Source: Candidatus Firestoneibacteriota bacterium (lineage in GTDB: Bacteria; Oederibacteriota; D2-FULL-39-29; JBDRBU01). Taken from it: a stretch of 25,445 nt of DNA. Below, in pieces: positions 1 through 8,763 of the stretch. The position numbers and the translations under genes are program-made. How positions within the stretch are numbered: position 1 is the first letter of the stretch; each line of letters begins with the position of its first letter. The stretch spans positions 1-25,445 of the forward strand of contig JBDRBU010000005.1 of the NCBI GenBank assembly GCA_043822305.1. Direction: 5' to 3'. The notes below the pieces were generated by a model, which saw only the letters and a list, made by a program, of their open reading frames with translations, was not told the DNA's origin and did no database searches.

Positions 1-74
1 GGACAAACACAGGTTTTACTGATTCTTGGTTTAATAACTTTTACTTTAATTTTACTTTTATCAAAATTAACCAT
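1..74 (-). CDS. N-terminus of an ORF running off the window (MVNFDKSKIKVKVIKPRISKTCVCP...), possibly a transposase with a zinc ribbon
   Basis: ATG at 74-72 preceded by a strong SD (AAAGGAGG); frame stays open to position 1 and ends in CVCP; not in the ORF track. Confidence 0.45.
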   Translation of the reverse strand, partial: MVNFDKSKIKVKVIKPRISKTCVC

Positions 75-75
75 T

Positions 76-127
76 TGGTAACCTCCTTTAAAAGGTATAA
101 ACTTTTTCCTTTACATATAGGTTACCA
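76..127 (-). repeat. 9-bp perfect inverted repeat able to sequester the RBS of the 1..74 ORF
   Basis: TGGTAACCT (76-84) / AGGTTACCA (119-127); extends to 12 bp with one mismatch. Confidence 0.6.
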
Positions 128-129
128 TA

Positions 130-558
130 TTATATACTATATATAATAAAAAATATTACATTAAACTTGAGGAAGTCTCGAGGATTAAATTCTCTGCTTT
201 CATTTTTAAATCCTATTTTATGTAATTTCTCATCCAAACTCTTACCAATATTAATAATGTCTTCTTTACCATTACTTATCCCTATCCAAACCACTCTTGG
301 TCGTTTAACATTTGGAAAAGCACCTACACCTCTTATCTCAAAAATAAATGGTGGATTATTCTTAACAACTTCTTCAATATAATCTAAAATATCTGTTAAT
401 TTTTCCTCTTTAACTTCTCCCAGAAATTTTAATGTTAAGTGTATATTATCAATTTCTATCCATTTAACATCAGAATTAGAGCCTTTTAAAACCTCACAAA
501 CTTTTGATATTTCCTTTTTTAATAAATCAGATAATTTTATACCTATAAACAATCTCAT
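130..558 (-). pseudogene. thpR: RNA 2',3'-cyclic phosphodiesterase (2'-5' RNA ligase, 2H family), C-terminally truncated
   Basis: MRLFIGI start, first HxT motif (HLTLKFLG), GAFP..RPRVVW; the second HxT motif expected after REFNP is missing and replaced by an unrelated hydrophobic tail. Confidence 0.8.
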
Positions 559-642
559 TTTCCAATACCTTTAAACTTTCACATTTTACCATACAATATT
601 AGAATATTTCCATCTTTTTTAATAATTTTATTACTTTTCTAA

Positions 643-671
643 TTGTAAAAAACTTTTTAAACTGATATAAT
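643..671 (+). promoter_or_regulatory. Sigma70-type promoter for the nitroreductase
   Basis: TTGTAA (643-648), 17 bp, TATAAT (666-671), with extended TGn (TGATATAAT). Confidence 0.7.
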
Positions 672-679
672 GCAATTGA

Positions 680-1231
680 ATGATGAAAAACTTTATAGAA
701 CTAGTTAATAAAAGATACAGTGTTCGTGATTTTTTGGATAAACCAGTAGAAAGAGAAAAGATAAAACTTTGTTTAGAATCGGCAAGACTTGCTCCATCTG
801 CTTGTAATTCCCAACCTTGGAAATTTATTGTTATAGATGAAGTTAATTTAAAAAATAAATTATGTGATAAAATATTTTCAGGACCATATAAAATAAATAT
901 ATTTGCTAAAAAAGCACCGGTAATCGTAGTAGTCATCTCAGAAAAAAGTACATTTTTAGCAAAAGTAGGTGGACTACTTAGAGATACAAGGTATTATCTT
1001 ATAGACATAGGAATTGCGGTTGAACATTTTATATTACAAGCAACTGAACTGAATCTAGGAACCTGTTGGATTGGATGGTTTAATGAGAAACAAGCAAAAA
1101 AAATTTTAAATATACCAAATAATAAAAAAATAGATATTGTCATTCCAGTAGGTTATCCAGCGCAACCAATGCGTAAAAAAATTAGAAAATCATTAGAAGA
1201 AATTTTTACTTTTAATGAATATGAAGATTAA
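680..1231 (+). CDS. Nitroreductase family flavoprotein
   Basis: R-YSVR-F, APSACNSQPW, DIGIA..HFILQA..LNLGTCWIG, GYP, RK motifs. Confidence 0.92.
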   Translation: MMKNFIELVNKRYSVRDFLDKPVEREKIKLCLESARLAPSACNSQPWKFIVIDEVNLKNKLCDKIFSGPYKINIFAKKAPVIVVVISEKSTFLAKVGGLLRDTRYYLIDIGIAVEHFILQATELNLGTCWIGWFNEKQAKKILNIPNNKKIDIVIPVGYPAQPMRKKIRKSLEEIFTFNEYED

Positions 1232-1245
1232 ATCTTTATTTCTGC

Positions 1246-1364
1246 ATAGGAAAGTATAAAAATACTTTCCTATCTCCGCCTGCTTTGCTGCGCAAAGCAA
1301 AACGGCTGGGACTGCGAAAATCTTATATGAATGGCGATAAAAGTCATCGCCAAAGGCGATTTTC
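1246..1364 (+). promoter_or_regulatory. GC-rich, multi-hairpin intergenic element upstream of PBP1A
   Basis: Stems 1246-1257/1262-1273 (12 bp perfect), 1281-1288/1292-1299, 1332-1338/1346-1352, alternative 1346-1351/1355-1360, closing stem 1316-1322/1358-1364. Confidence 0.55.
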
Positions 1365-3395
1365 TTGAAAAATAAAAAATTCAAATTTAGAATTATAATT
1401 TTAGGATGTATATTGCTTGGTTGGTTTATAGGATTAATAATTACTTATTATAGAGAGTTACCTACTTTAAGTGAATTAGAAGGATACAAACCTTCACTTG
1501 CTTCAAAAATATACGATATAAATGAAAATCTTATAGCACAGTTATATATAGAACAAAGAACCTTGGTCCCATTATATAAAGTTCCAAAATACCTGCAAAA
1601 CGCAATCATTGTTGTTGAAGATGAAAATTTTTACAAACATTGGGGAATAGACATCAGTGGAATAATTAGGGCATTTCTAGTTAATGTAATTCATGGTAGG
1701 GTTGAACAAGGTGGAAGTACAATAACCCAACAACTTGCAAGAAATTTATTTTTAACACAAGAAAGAACCATATCAAGGAAAATAAAAGAAGCAATGCTTG
1801 CGTTAAAAATTGAGTATAAATATACAAAAAAAGAAATCTTACAAATGTATTTAAATCAAGTGTATTTTGGCGGAGGGGCATATGGAATAGAAACAGCAGG
1901 AAGAATCTATTTTGGTAAACATGTAGAAGAATTAACCTTACCTGAATGTGCTACTTTAGCCGGCCTTCCTCGTGCCCCAAATGAATATTCACCATATAAA
2001 AACATAGAAAGAGCAAAAAAAAGAAGGAATAAAATAATAGATAGATTAGTCAAAAAGAAATTTATTACAAAGGAAGAAGGAGATATTGCAAAAGAAACAT
2101 CTATTGAACTCCATAAACTTGAGTCTAAAAATGCTCCATATTTTGTAGAATACATTAGACAACAACTCGAAGAAATTTATGGAAACAATATTGTGTATAA
2201 AGGTGGACTTTCTATATATACAACATTAGATCTGACTCTACAAGACATAGCCCAAAGAGTTACGGCAAAAGGGCTTGAAGATGCTGAAATAAAAATAGCA
2301 AAAGAATTAGGAATACCTATTGAAAATATCTACGATTCTGAATTTAAGAAAAACATACCTGTTCAGATTGCTCTTATAGCCATCGAACCTAAAACAGGTT
2401 ATATAAAAGCAATGATAGGAGGTAGAGATTTCTCGGAAAGTGAATTTAATCGTGCTATCCAGGCAAAAAGACAGCCTGGCTCAGCATTCAAACCTTTTAT
2501 TTATACTGCTGCGATTGACAACGGATTTACTCCTGCTGATATTATAATTGATTCGCCTTTAGTTATAACAGATAATGATGGTACTATTTGGAAACCAGAG
2601 AATTACGAAAAGAAATTCTTTGGGCCAACAACATTAAGAAAAGCAATCACTAACTCAAGAAATGTAGTCACATTAAAATTACTAACAAAAATCGGAATAA
2701 GTGCTGTGCATTCATATGCACATAAAATGGGAATTAAAAGCAATATCTCAAGAAATCTCTCTTTAGCCTTTGGAACATCAGAAGTAACTTTATTAGAATT
2801 AACCTCTGCTTTTGCTACATTTCCAAACATTGGAATTGAAATAGAGCCAATATCAATAGCATCTATTAAAGATAGTTCAGGAAAAGTAATTCAAGAAAAT
2901 GACCCTCGTCTTCAGGAAGTTTTAAAACCAGAGACGGTATACATAATGACAAGCTTGCTAAATAGTGTAGTAAATGAAGGAACTGGTCAATCAATCAGAA
3001 GATTAGGATTTAAGTATGATTGTGCCGGGAAGACTGGTACAACTGACAATCAATCTGATGTCTGGTTCATTGGTTTTACTTCAGACTTAGTAGTTGGAAT
3101 ATGGTTGGGTTTTGATGACAGAAGATCCTTGGGAAATACAATTACAAGTTCAAATACTTCTGCTTCAATCTGGGGAGAATTTATGTTAGAAGTTTACAAT
3201 GAAAAACAACCTGCTAATTTTTCTAAACCAGATAATATTGTAACTGTAAAAATAGACCCTGAAACCGGACTTCTTGCAGGGAATAAATGTAAAAAAGTAA
3301 TAGATGAAATTTTCATTAAAGGAACAGAGCCTACAAAGATATGCAATAAACACGATGACTTTAATATGTTTGAACTTCGGCCAACTACCAGGTAG
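1365..3395 (+). CDS. mrcA: Class A penicillin-binding protein 1A (transglycosylase/transpeptidase)
   Basis: N-terminal TM anchor; EDENFYKHWG, QGGSTITQQL, RKIKE; SAFK, SRN, KTG motifs; TTG start. Confidence 0.93.
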   Translation: MKNKKFKFRIIILGCILLGWFIGLIITYYRELPTLSELEGYKPSLASKIYDINENLIAQLYIEQRTLVPLYKVPKYLQNAIIVVEDENFYKHWGIDISGIIRAFLVNVIHGRVEQGGSTITQQLARNLFLTQERTISRKIKEAMLALKIEYKYTKKEILQMYLNQVYFGGGAYGIETAGRIYFGKHVEELTLPECATLAGLPRAPNEYSPYKNIERAKKRRNKIIDRLVKKKFITKEEGDIAKETSIELHKLESKNAPYFVEYIRQQLEEIYGNNIVYKGGLSIYTTLDLTLQDIAQRVTAKGLEDAEIKIAKELGIPIENIYDSEFKKNIPVQIALIAIEPKTGYIKAMIGGRDFSESEFNRAIQAKRQPGSAFKPFIYTAAIDNGFTPADIIIDSPLVITDNDGTIWKPENYEKKFFGPTTLRKAITNSRNVVTLKLLTKIGISAVHSYAHKMGIKSNISRNLSLAFGTSEVTLLELTSAFATFPNIGIEIEPISIASIKDSSGKVIQENDPRLQEVLKPETVYIMTSLLNSVVNEGTGQSIRRLGFKYDCAGKTGTTDNQSDVWFIGFTSDLVVGIWLGFDDRRSLGNTITSSNTSASIWGEFMLEVYNEKQPANFSKPDNIVTVKIDPETGLLAGNKCKKVIDEIFIKGTEPTKICNKHDDFNMFELRPTTR

Positions 3396-4235
3396 TTAAA
3401 ATGACTCTGACCCCTTTTTTATTTTCAAAAGATTACTAAAAGCAATAAATTGCTCAATACTTAAATCTTCCCCTCTAATTTTTAAATCTAATTTCAAACT
3501 ATTAAATATATTTTTTATGACACCCTCTTCGTACCCCAATCTTAACAGGGCACTTTTGAAAATTTTCCTTCTTTGCTGAAAACTTGCTCTAACTAAATTG
3601 ATAAATAAGTTTTCATCTTCTACTTTATATTTTGGTTTATCCAACATCCTAAACTTAACAATGGCTGAATCGACTTTTGGTTTTGGATAAAAACAATTAT
3701 TAGAGACTATTTTAACTATTTTTGGTTCTGTATGATACTGCGTCATTATCGAAAGCACACCATAATCTTTATTACCACTTTTAGATACAATCCGCTTCGC
3801 TATTTCTTTTTGAACCATAAGCAAAACAGTATCTAAGTATTTTTTGTTTTCAATAAGTTTAAATAATACAGGAGTTGTAATATAATATGGAATATTGCCT
3901 ATTATTTTTAACCTCGCACCCTCTGGTGGTGCGTGGGTTAATTCTTCAAATTTAATCTTTAAAATATCATTTTGAATAATCTTTACATTATTAAAAGTTT
4001 GAAATTTTTCTCTTAAAATATCAGACAAATTCTTGTCTATTTCAACGGCTATAACATTACAAATCTTGCATAAATACTCTGTTAATTCTCCTTTCCCTGC
4101 TCCAATTTCTAAAACTATATCTTCTTTTTTTATCTCAGCGGATGATATAATAATATTTATTATATTTTTATCTATTAAAAAATGCTGACCTAATCTTTTC
4201 TTGGGTTTTGGATAATAATCAGGCAAGTGATTCAT
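3396..4235 (-). CDS. rsmA: 16S rRNA m6(2)A dimethyltransferase
   Basis: [39 protein letters not shown]. Confidence 0.96.
   Translation of the reverse strand: MNHLPDYYPKPKKRLGQHFLIDKNIINIIISSAEIKKEDIVLEIGAGKGELTEYLCKICNVIAVEIDKNLSDILREKFQTFNNVKIIQNDILKIKFEELTHAPPEGARLKIIGNIPYYITTPVLFKLIENKKYLDTVLLMVQKEIAKRIVSKSGNKDYGVLSIMTQYHTEPKIVKIVSNNCFYPKPKVDSAIVKFRMLDKPKYKVEDENLFINLVRASFQQRRKIFKSALLRLGYEEGVIKNIFNSLKLDLKIRGEDLSIEQFIAFSNLLKIKKGSESF
3398..3416 (-). repeat. GGGGTCAG-type short repeat, copy 1, forming the last codons of rsmA
   Basis: AAGGGGTCAGAGTCATTTT; 17/19 identical to 24117-24135. Confidence 0.6.
3908..3941 (-). repeat. REP-like palindrome in frame within rsmA
   Basis: TTAACC-T-CGCACC / GGTGCG-TG-GGTTAA hairpin encoding [11 protein letters not shown]; shares AACCTCGCA and TGGTGCG with the REP at 22032-22060. 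Confidence 0.7.
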
Positions 4236-4855
4236 TTTTTGGCAGTATTCCTAATATTTCGTTCGACAATAGATAATTCAGTTTGCAATCTCTTTATCCT
4301 TTCTGATAATGGATCAGGCAGGTTGGTATGGTCAAATGTCATCTGTGGAACATGTTTACCTTTTATTTTAACAACCCGTCCAGGTATTCCAACAACAGTA
4401 GAATGTGAAGGGACATTTTTTAAAACTACTGAATTTGCTCCTATATAACTGTTATTCCCTATATTTATATTGCCTAAAATTTTTGCTCCCGCACCAATCA
4501 CAACATTATTACCCAAAGTAGGATGCCTTTTCCCTTTTTCTTTACCGGTCCCACCTAAAGTTACTCCCTGAAATAAAGTTACATTATCACCTATTATTGT
4601 TGTCTCACCTATAACCACACCTGCTCCATGGTCAATAAAAAAGCCTGTACCGAGATTAACTCCGGGATGAATTTCTATCCCTGTTAAAAATCTACTAATT
4701 TGAGATATTAATCTTGGAAAAAATGGCATTTTTATCTTCCAAAGAAAGTGCGCAATCCTGTGAAAAAAAATTGCATAAAGGCAAGGATAAAGTATCACTT
4801 CCATAGGTTTTGATGCTGGGTCTCTTTCTAATATTGCCTTAATATGACTAATCAT
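4232..4855 (-). CDS. cysE: Serine O-acetyltransferase
   Basis: [35 protein letters not shown], hexapeptide repeats. Confidence 0.95.
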   Translation of the reverse strand: MISHIKAILERDPASKPMEVILYPCLYAIFFHRIAHFLWKIKMPFFPRLISQISRFLTGIEIHPGVNLGTGFFIDHGAGVVIGETTIIGDNVTLFQGVTLGGTGKEKGKRHPTLGNNVVIGAGAKILGNINIGNNSYIGANSVVLKNVPSHSTVVGIPGRVVKIKGKHVPQMTFDHTNLPDPLSERIKRLQTELSIVERNIRNTAKK

Positions 4856-4875
4856 ATAACCTCCACAGTAAACAA

Positions 4876-5844
4876 CTATTTCGATAATCGTAGTAAATCA
4901 TGCAAATGAATAATACCGATGGGTTTTTTAAACTTATCAATTATCAGGACAGTACTTATTAATTTTTCTTCGGTTATCCTGATGGCTTCACTAATAAGTG
5001 CATCTTTATTTACAGTTTTAGGATTTTTTGTCATTATATCCTTTGCTCTTTTATTTAAGATATTTTTTGTTAAATTCAAACAAGTTCTTAAATCTTGATC
5101 AGTAATAATTCCAGTTAATTCTCCTTTCTTGTTAATCACTAAAGTACATCCCATTTTTTTTGAAGTCATTTCCATTATAACACCTTTCATAGAACAGTCC
5201 TCATTTACAACAGGAATATCCTTCCCCATCCTCATTATATCTTTAATTTTAACTAACCTTCTGCCTAAATTTCCTGCTGGATGAAGCAAGGCATAATCCT
5301 TCTCCCTGAAATTTCTCTTTAAAAGCAATGCTATTGATAATGCATCCCCCATGGCAAGTTCTGCTGTTGTCGAAGCAGTTGGAACTAAACCAAGTGGACA
5401 TGCTTCCTCTTTAACGCTTACATCTAAAACCACATCACTATTTTCCGCAAGAGTAGAATCTTTTTTCCCTGTTAAAGCAATTAATTTCGTTCCGATCCTT
5501 TTTATCGTTGGTAGTATTTCTAATATTTCTTTTGTTTCACCACTATTTGATACTACTATCACTATGTCATTATTTAACACTGTTCCTAAATCACCATGAA
5601 CACCTTCAACTGGATGTAAGTACAACGCAGGTGTTCCAATAGAGGCCATTGTAGCCGAAATTTTCCTGGCTATAATTCCCGACTTTCCAATACCAGTAAC
5701 TATTACCCTGCCTTTACAGGAATATAATAAATTAACTGCTTTTAAGAAATCAAAACCTAACCTGCTGATCAGGTCCTTAATAGCATCCGCTTCAATTTCC
5801 AATACCTTTTTTGCTTGTTTTAGTATTTCTTTATCAGTTATCAT
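4876..5844 (-). CDS. kdsD: Arabinose-5-phosphate isomerase (KpsF/GutQ family, SIS + CBS domains)
   Basis: [38 protein letters not shown]-terminal CBS pair. Confidence 0.95.
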   Translation of the reverse strand: MITDKEILKQAKKVLEIEADAIKDLISRLGFDFLKAVNLLYSCKGRVIVTGIGKSGIIARKISATMASIGTPALYLHPVEGVHGDLGTVLNNDIVIVVSNSGETKEILEILPTIKRIGTKLIALTGKKDSTLAENSDVVLDVSVKEEACPLGLVPTASTTAELAMGDALSIALLLKRNFREKDYALLHPAGNLGRRLVKIKDIMRMGKDIPVVNEDCSMKGVIMEMTSKKMGCTLVINKKGELTGIITDQDLRTCLNLTKNILNKRAKDIMTKNPKTVNKDALISEAIRITEEKLISTVLIIDKFKKPIGIIHLHDLLRLSK

Positions 5845-5951
5845 TTATCATTATTCCTTTTGATTTAAGGCTTGAATACAACCTTATCCTCTTTAATGAA
5901 ACCAAAATCTACAATTATTAATTTGCATAAAACAACTCTACTCATAAAATC

Positions 5952-5992
5952 AAAAAATTTCTAATTCAGCCGCAATCTTTTTTACTTCTTTT
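5952..5992 (-). repeat. Imperfect copy of a kdsA 5' segment (direct repeat of 8612-8652)
   Basis: 37/41 nt identical; reads KEVKKIAAELEIF versus KdsA KEAKKIADELGIF. Confidence 0.6.
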
Positions 5993-6024
5993 AATACTTT
6001 TCCACCACCGCCAAATTTCGTCGC

Positions 6025-6651
6025 TTATTTTAATCTTTCAATCTCTTTTTTTATTTCCTCAATTACTTCAGAATTATGAATTATCTTGTTTTTGCCTTCG
6101 GTTATTGAAATAATATAGAATACTTTTCCGCCGTATTTCGCAGTAAATTTTTCGTGCGTTTTTTTCTGTTGTTCTCTCTCGTTGATTATTTGCGTAATAT
6201 ATTCAAAACCCGCAGGCTTTATTTGAAGACCGATATATTTTTCGTGAATTTTAATAAAATAATCAACATTGTATCCTCTATCCCATTCATCAGAAGCGGG
6301 TTCGATTTTAATTCCGAGAACATTTTCAAGTTGTCCATATATTGTTTGAATCTCTGATTGATAACCATCAAAAGTTCTATTTATAACCAGATTGTATATA
6401 AAGTTTATACAATCTTTTTCTGTAACATTCTCTATTTCAGCCTTACAAACATCAGTAACTTTAATAAATAGTATTTTTCCAAGTTGTTCAAGATGCTGTT
6501 TTGAATAGCCCTTATCTAAATAAAATCTTTCCCATTCTTTTAGTGTCTTTGGGGCACATTTTCTAATTAACTCTGCAACAGGCCCAACTTTACTTTTTCG
6601 GGTTAGTCCCCATCGCATATTTGCCTGATTTAATATCCATTCTTTTGCCAT
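6025..6651 (-). CDS. Type II restriction endonuclease, MjaI-like family
   Basis: VGPVAELI..., EWERFY, RTFDGY, PD-(D/E)xK-like VDY...GLQIKP; starts 1 nt after the MTase stop. Confidence 0.75.
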   Translation of the reverse strand: MAKEWILNQANMRWGLTRKSKVGPVAELIRKCAPKTLKEWERFYLDKGYSKQHLEQLGKILFIKVTDVCKAEIENVTEKDCINFIYNLVINRTFDGYQSEIQTIYGQLENVLGIKIEPASDEWDRGYNVDYFIKIHEKYIGLQIKPAGFEYITQIINEREQQKKTHEKFTAKYGGKVFYIISITEGKNKIIHNSEVIEEIKKEIERLK

Positions 6652-6652
6652 A

Positions 6653-7936
6653 TTATTTTGTTAGATTTAAAAATTTTATTTTGTATTTATAATCCAAACT
6701 ATTATCAACATCAACAAGTTGATTTTTTATCAAATGAGCATTTATAAATGTTTTATTTTTTAAGTATAAGTAGCAAAGCAAATTGTTTTCTTGGTCGTAT
6801 TTTAGTGAATCAAATCTTATGAAAACCCTCTGGTTTTTTAATTTTGCTTGTAAAAATTTAATAGCGTCATCAATTTTATCTTTATTAACTTTTACCCCAA
6901 TCAACTTTATCAACAGATTGTTATTTAATAACAACTTTTCCGGACTTACGATTTCCTTGACAGAATATGTATTTATTACCTCGTTTTTTGTTGAATCAAT
7001 TTTTGATCCAAATTGTAATTTTTTCGGATCAATTTTTCGATCAAACTTTATTGTATCCTTAAAAATATATGGTAATTCAGATATATCTTTTGCGTAATTG
7101 ATATTGTGTTGTTTTTGATCGATAAATTCAAATATGACATTTTTAAACAAATCTTCTTTAGTTGTCCCGATTTTTTCTTTTATTGTAGGTAGATAATTGT
7201 TATTAATCTCGTATCCAACTGAATTGCGGTTTAAATTTTTTGCCGCAAGCGTTGTGGTCCCACTTCCTAAAAATGGGTCCAATACATTATCACCAATAAA
7301 ACTAAACATTTTAATAAGCCGTTTAGGTAATTCTTCGGGAAACATTGCTAAATGTTTATCCTGCCTTGTACCATTAAAATTCCAATGACCATTAAAATAC
7401 TGGTTCCATTCATCTTTTGACATTTTTGACTCTTCTTTTATTTCTTTTGATACAAAAGGAGGAATCCCCAATTTCTTAAAAATCAATATAAATTCATAAT
7501 CTAACTTAATAATTCCATTTCTAGGATAAGGAAAACTTCCCATTATAGTAGCACCGCCAGTAGTATTCATTGTCGTTGCTTTCTGCCAAATAATAGCACC
7601 CATATAATCAAAGCCAATAGTTTCGCAAAACTTAATTATTTCTGTTCTAATCGGAATAATTTTATATCTACCATAATAAACCGAGCGAGCAAATTGATCT
7701 CCTATGTTTATGCAAAGTCTACAACCATCATTTAAAACCCTAAAACACTCTTTCCATACCAAATTCAGGTTATTAATATAATTTTCATAACTATCATTGA
7801 AGCCAATCTGATCTGATGAGCCATAATCTTTTAATTGCCAATAGGGTGGTGAAGTAATCACAAGATGAACAGAATTATTTTTTAATTCTGCCATATTTCT
7901 GGAATCGCCTATTATAATCTTGTGATTAGTTTTCAT
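6653..7936 (-). CDS. Amino-DNA methyltransferase (beta order, probably N4-C) fused to a C-terminal SNase/thermonuclease-like domain
   Basis: TSPPY motif IV before DPFLGSGT motif I; the last ~100 aa follow an SNase-like pattern; ATG 7936 preferred over the track start 7954. Confidence 0.88.
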   Translation of the reverse strand: MKTNHKIIIGDSRNMAELKNNSVHLVITSPPYWQLKDYGSSDQIGFNDSYENYINNLNLVWKECFRVLNDGCRLCINIGDQFARSVYYGRYKIIPIRTEIIKFCETIGFDYMGAIIWQKATTMNTTGGATIMGSFPYPRNGIIKLDYEFILIFKKLGIPPFVSKEIKEESKMSKDEWNQYFNGHWNFNGTRQDKHLAMFPEELPKRLIKMFSFIGDNVLDPFLGSGTTTLAAKNLNRNSVGYEINNNYLPTIKEKIGTTKEDLFKNVIFEFIDQKQHNINYAKDISELPYIFKDTIKFDRKIDPKKLQFGSKIDSTKNEVINTYSVKEIVSPEKLLLNNNLLIKLIGVKVNKDKIDDAIKFLQAKLKNQRVFIRFDSLKYDQENNLLCYLYLKNKTFINAHLIKNQLVDVDNSLDYKYKIKFLNLTK

Positions 7937-7940
7937 ATTT

Positions 7941-8753
7941 TTATTTAATAACATCGTAAATCTTTTTTGCCTTAATAAGTAATCTTTTTAATTCTTTCAA
8001 TGGAAGCATACTTGAAGCATCACATAACGCTTTAGAGGGCTCTGGATGTGTTTCTACAAACAAACCATTACTTCCTGCTGCAATTCCTGCCATGGCTAAA
8101 GGAAATATAAACTCACGCTGACCACCTTTTTTATCAGTACTCGTAAATCCAGGAATCCTTATAGCATGAGTTACATCAAAAATAATCGGATAACCAAATT
8201 CTTTCATTATTGAAAATGACCTCATATCTACGATCAAATCATTATATCCAAAAATTGTTCCTCTTTCAGTAATTATGATTTTATTATTTCCTGTTGTTTT
8301 AACCTTATTAACTATCTTCTTTACATCTAATGGAGATAAAAATTGACCTTTTTTTATATTAACTACTTTACCCGTTTCTGCAACTTTTAAAGTTAATTCT
8401 GTTTGCTGACATAAATAAGCAGGTATCTGAATAACATCTGCTACTTTACTTGCCGCATCAACATCTGTTTTACACTGAACATCTGTAAGTATTGGAACAT
8501 TTACTTTTTCTTTTACTTTTTCTAATATTTTTAATCCATTTTTTAAACCAGGACCTCTATAATTTTCAACTGCTGTTCTATTGCCTTTATCATATGAGGA
8601 CTTAAAAATATAAAAAATTCCTAATTCATCTGCAATCTTTTTTGCTTCTTTTGCAACCTCAATACTTTGACTTAAAGATTCTATTACACATGGACCAGCA
8701 ATAAGGATAAAGTTTTTACCCTTAATTATTTCTTTAAGTTCTACTTTTTTCAT
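7941..8753 (-). CDS. kdsA: KDO8P synthase, metal-dependent type, with atypical specificity motifs
   Basis: IAGPCVIE, NIKKGQF, ERG..FGY..L.VD, ETHP.P..ALCD; lies between pyrG and kdsD. Confidence 0.9.
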   Translation of the reverse strand: MKKVELKEIIKGKNFILIAGPCVIESLSQSIEVAKEAKKIADELGIFYIFKSSYDKGNRTAVENYRGPGLKNGLKILEKVKEKVNVPILTDVQCKTDVDAASKVADVIQIPAYLCQQTELTLKVAETGKVVNIKKGQFLSPLDVKKIVNKVKTTGNNKIIITERGTIFGYNDLIVDMRSFSIMKEFGYPIIFDVTHAIRIPGFTSTDKKGGQREFIFPLAMAGIAAGSNGLFVETHPEPSKALCDASSMLPLKELKRLLIKAKKIYDVIK

Positions 8754-8763
8754 TTTGGATCCT

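Larger units (their letters stand above)
1..179 (-). mobile_element. Putative end of an insertion element interrupting thpR
   Basis: thpR-like sequence stops after ...REFNP (AAT CCT C); foreign sequence begins GAGACTTCCTCAAG at 179 and leads into a new RBS and ORF. Confidence 0.45.

Noticed and set aside
1281..1352. c-di-GMP-I (CGCAAAGC) or fluoride (GGCGAT...CGCC) riboswitch
   Set aside because: Only fragments match; the GGCAAA/GNRA stem and the fluoride pseudoknot partner are not evident
1193..1384. 63-aa minus-strand ORF across the PBP1A leader
   Set aside because: Overlaps both flanking genes and is explained by the palindromic, stop-poor DNA
4946..4960. AGGACAGTACTTATT inside kdsD as another GGG(A/T)CAG repeat
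   Set aside because: Weaker match inside a normal CBS domain with no apparent insertion; may be chance
6025..7936. Assigning a recognition sequence (CTAG or CGCG) to RM pair 1
   Set aside because: Family resemblance does not fix specificity and both sites occur in the window; needs REBASE or methylome data
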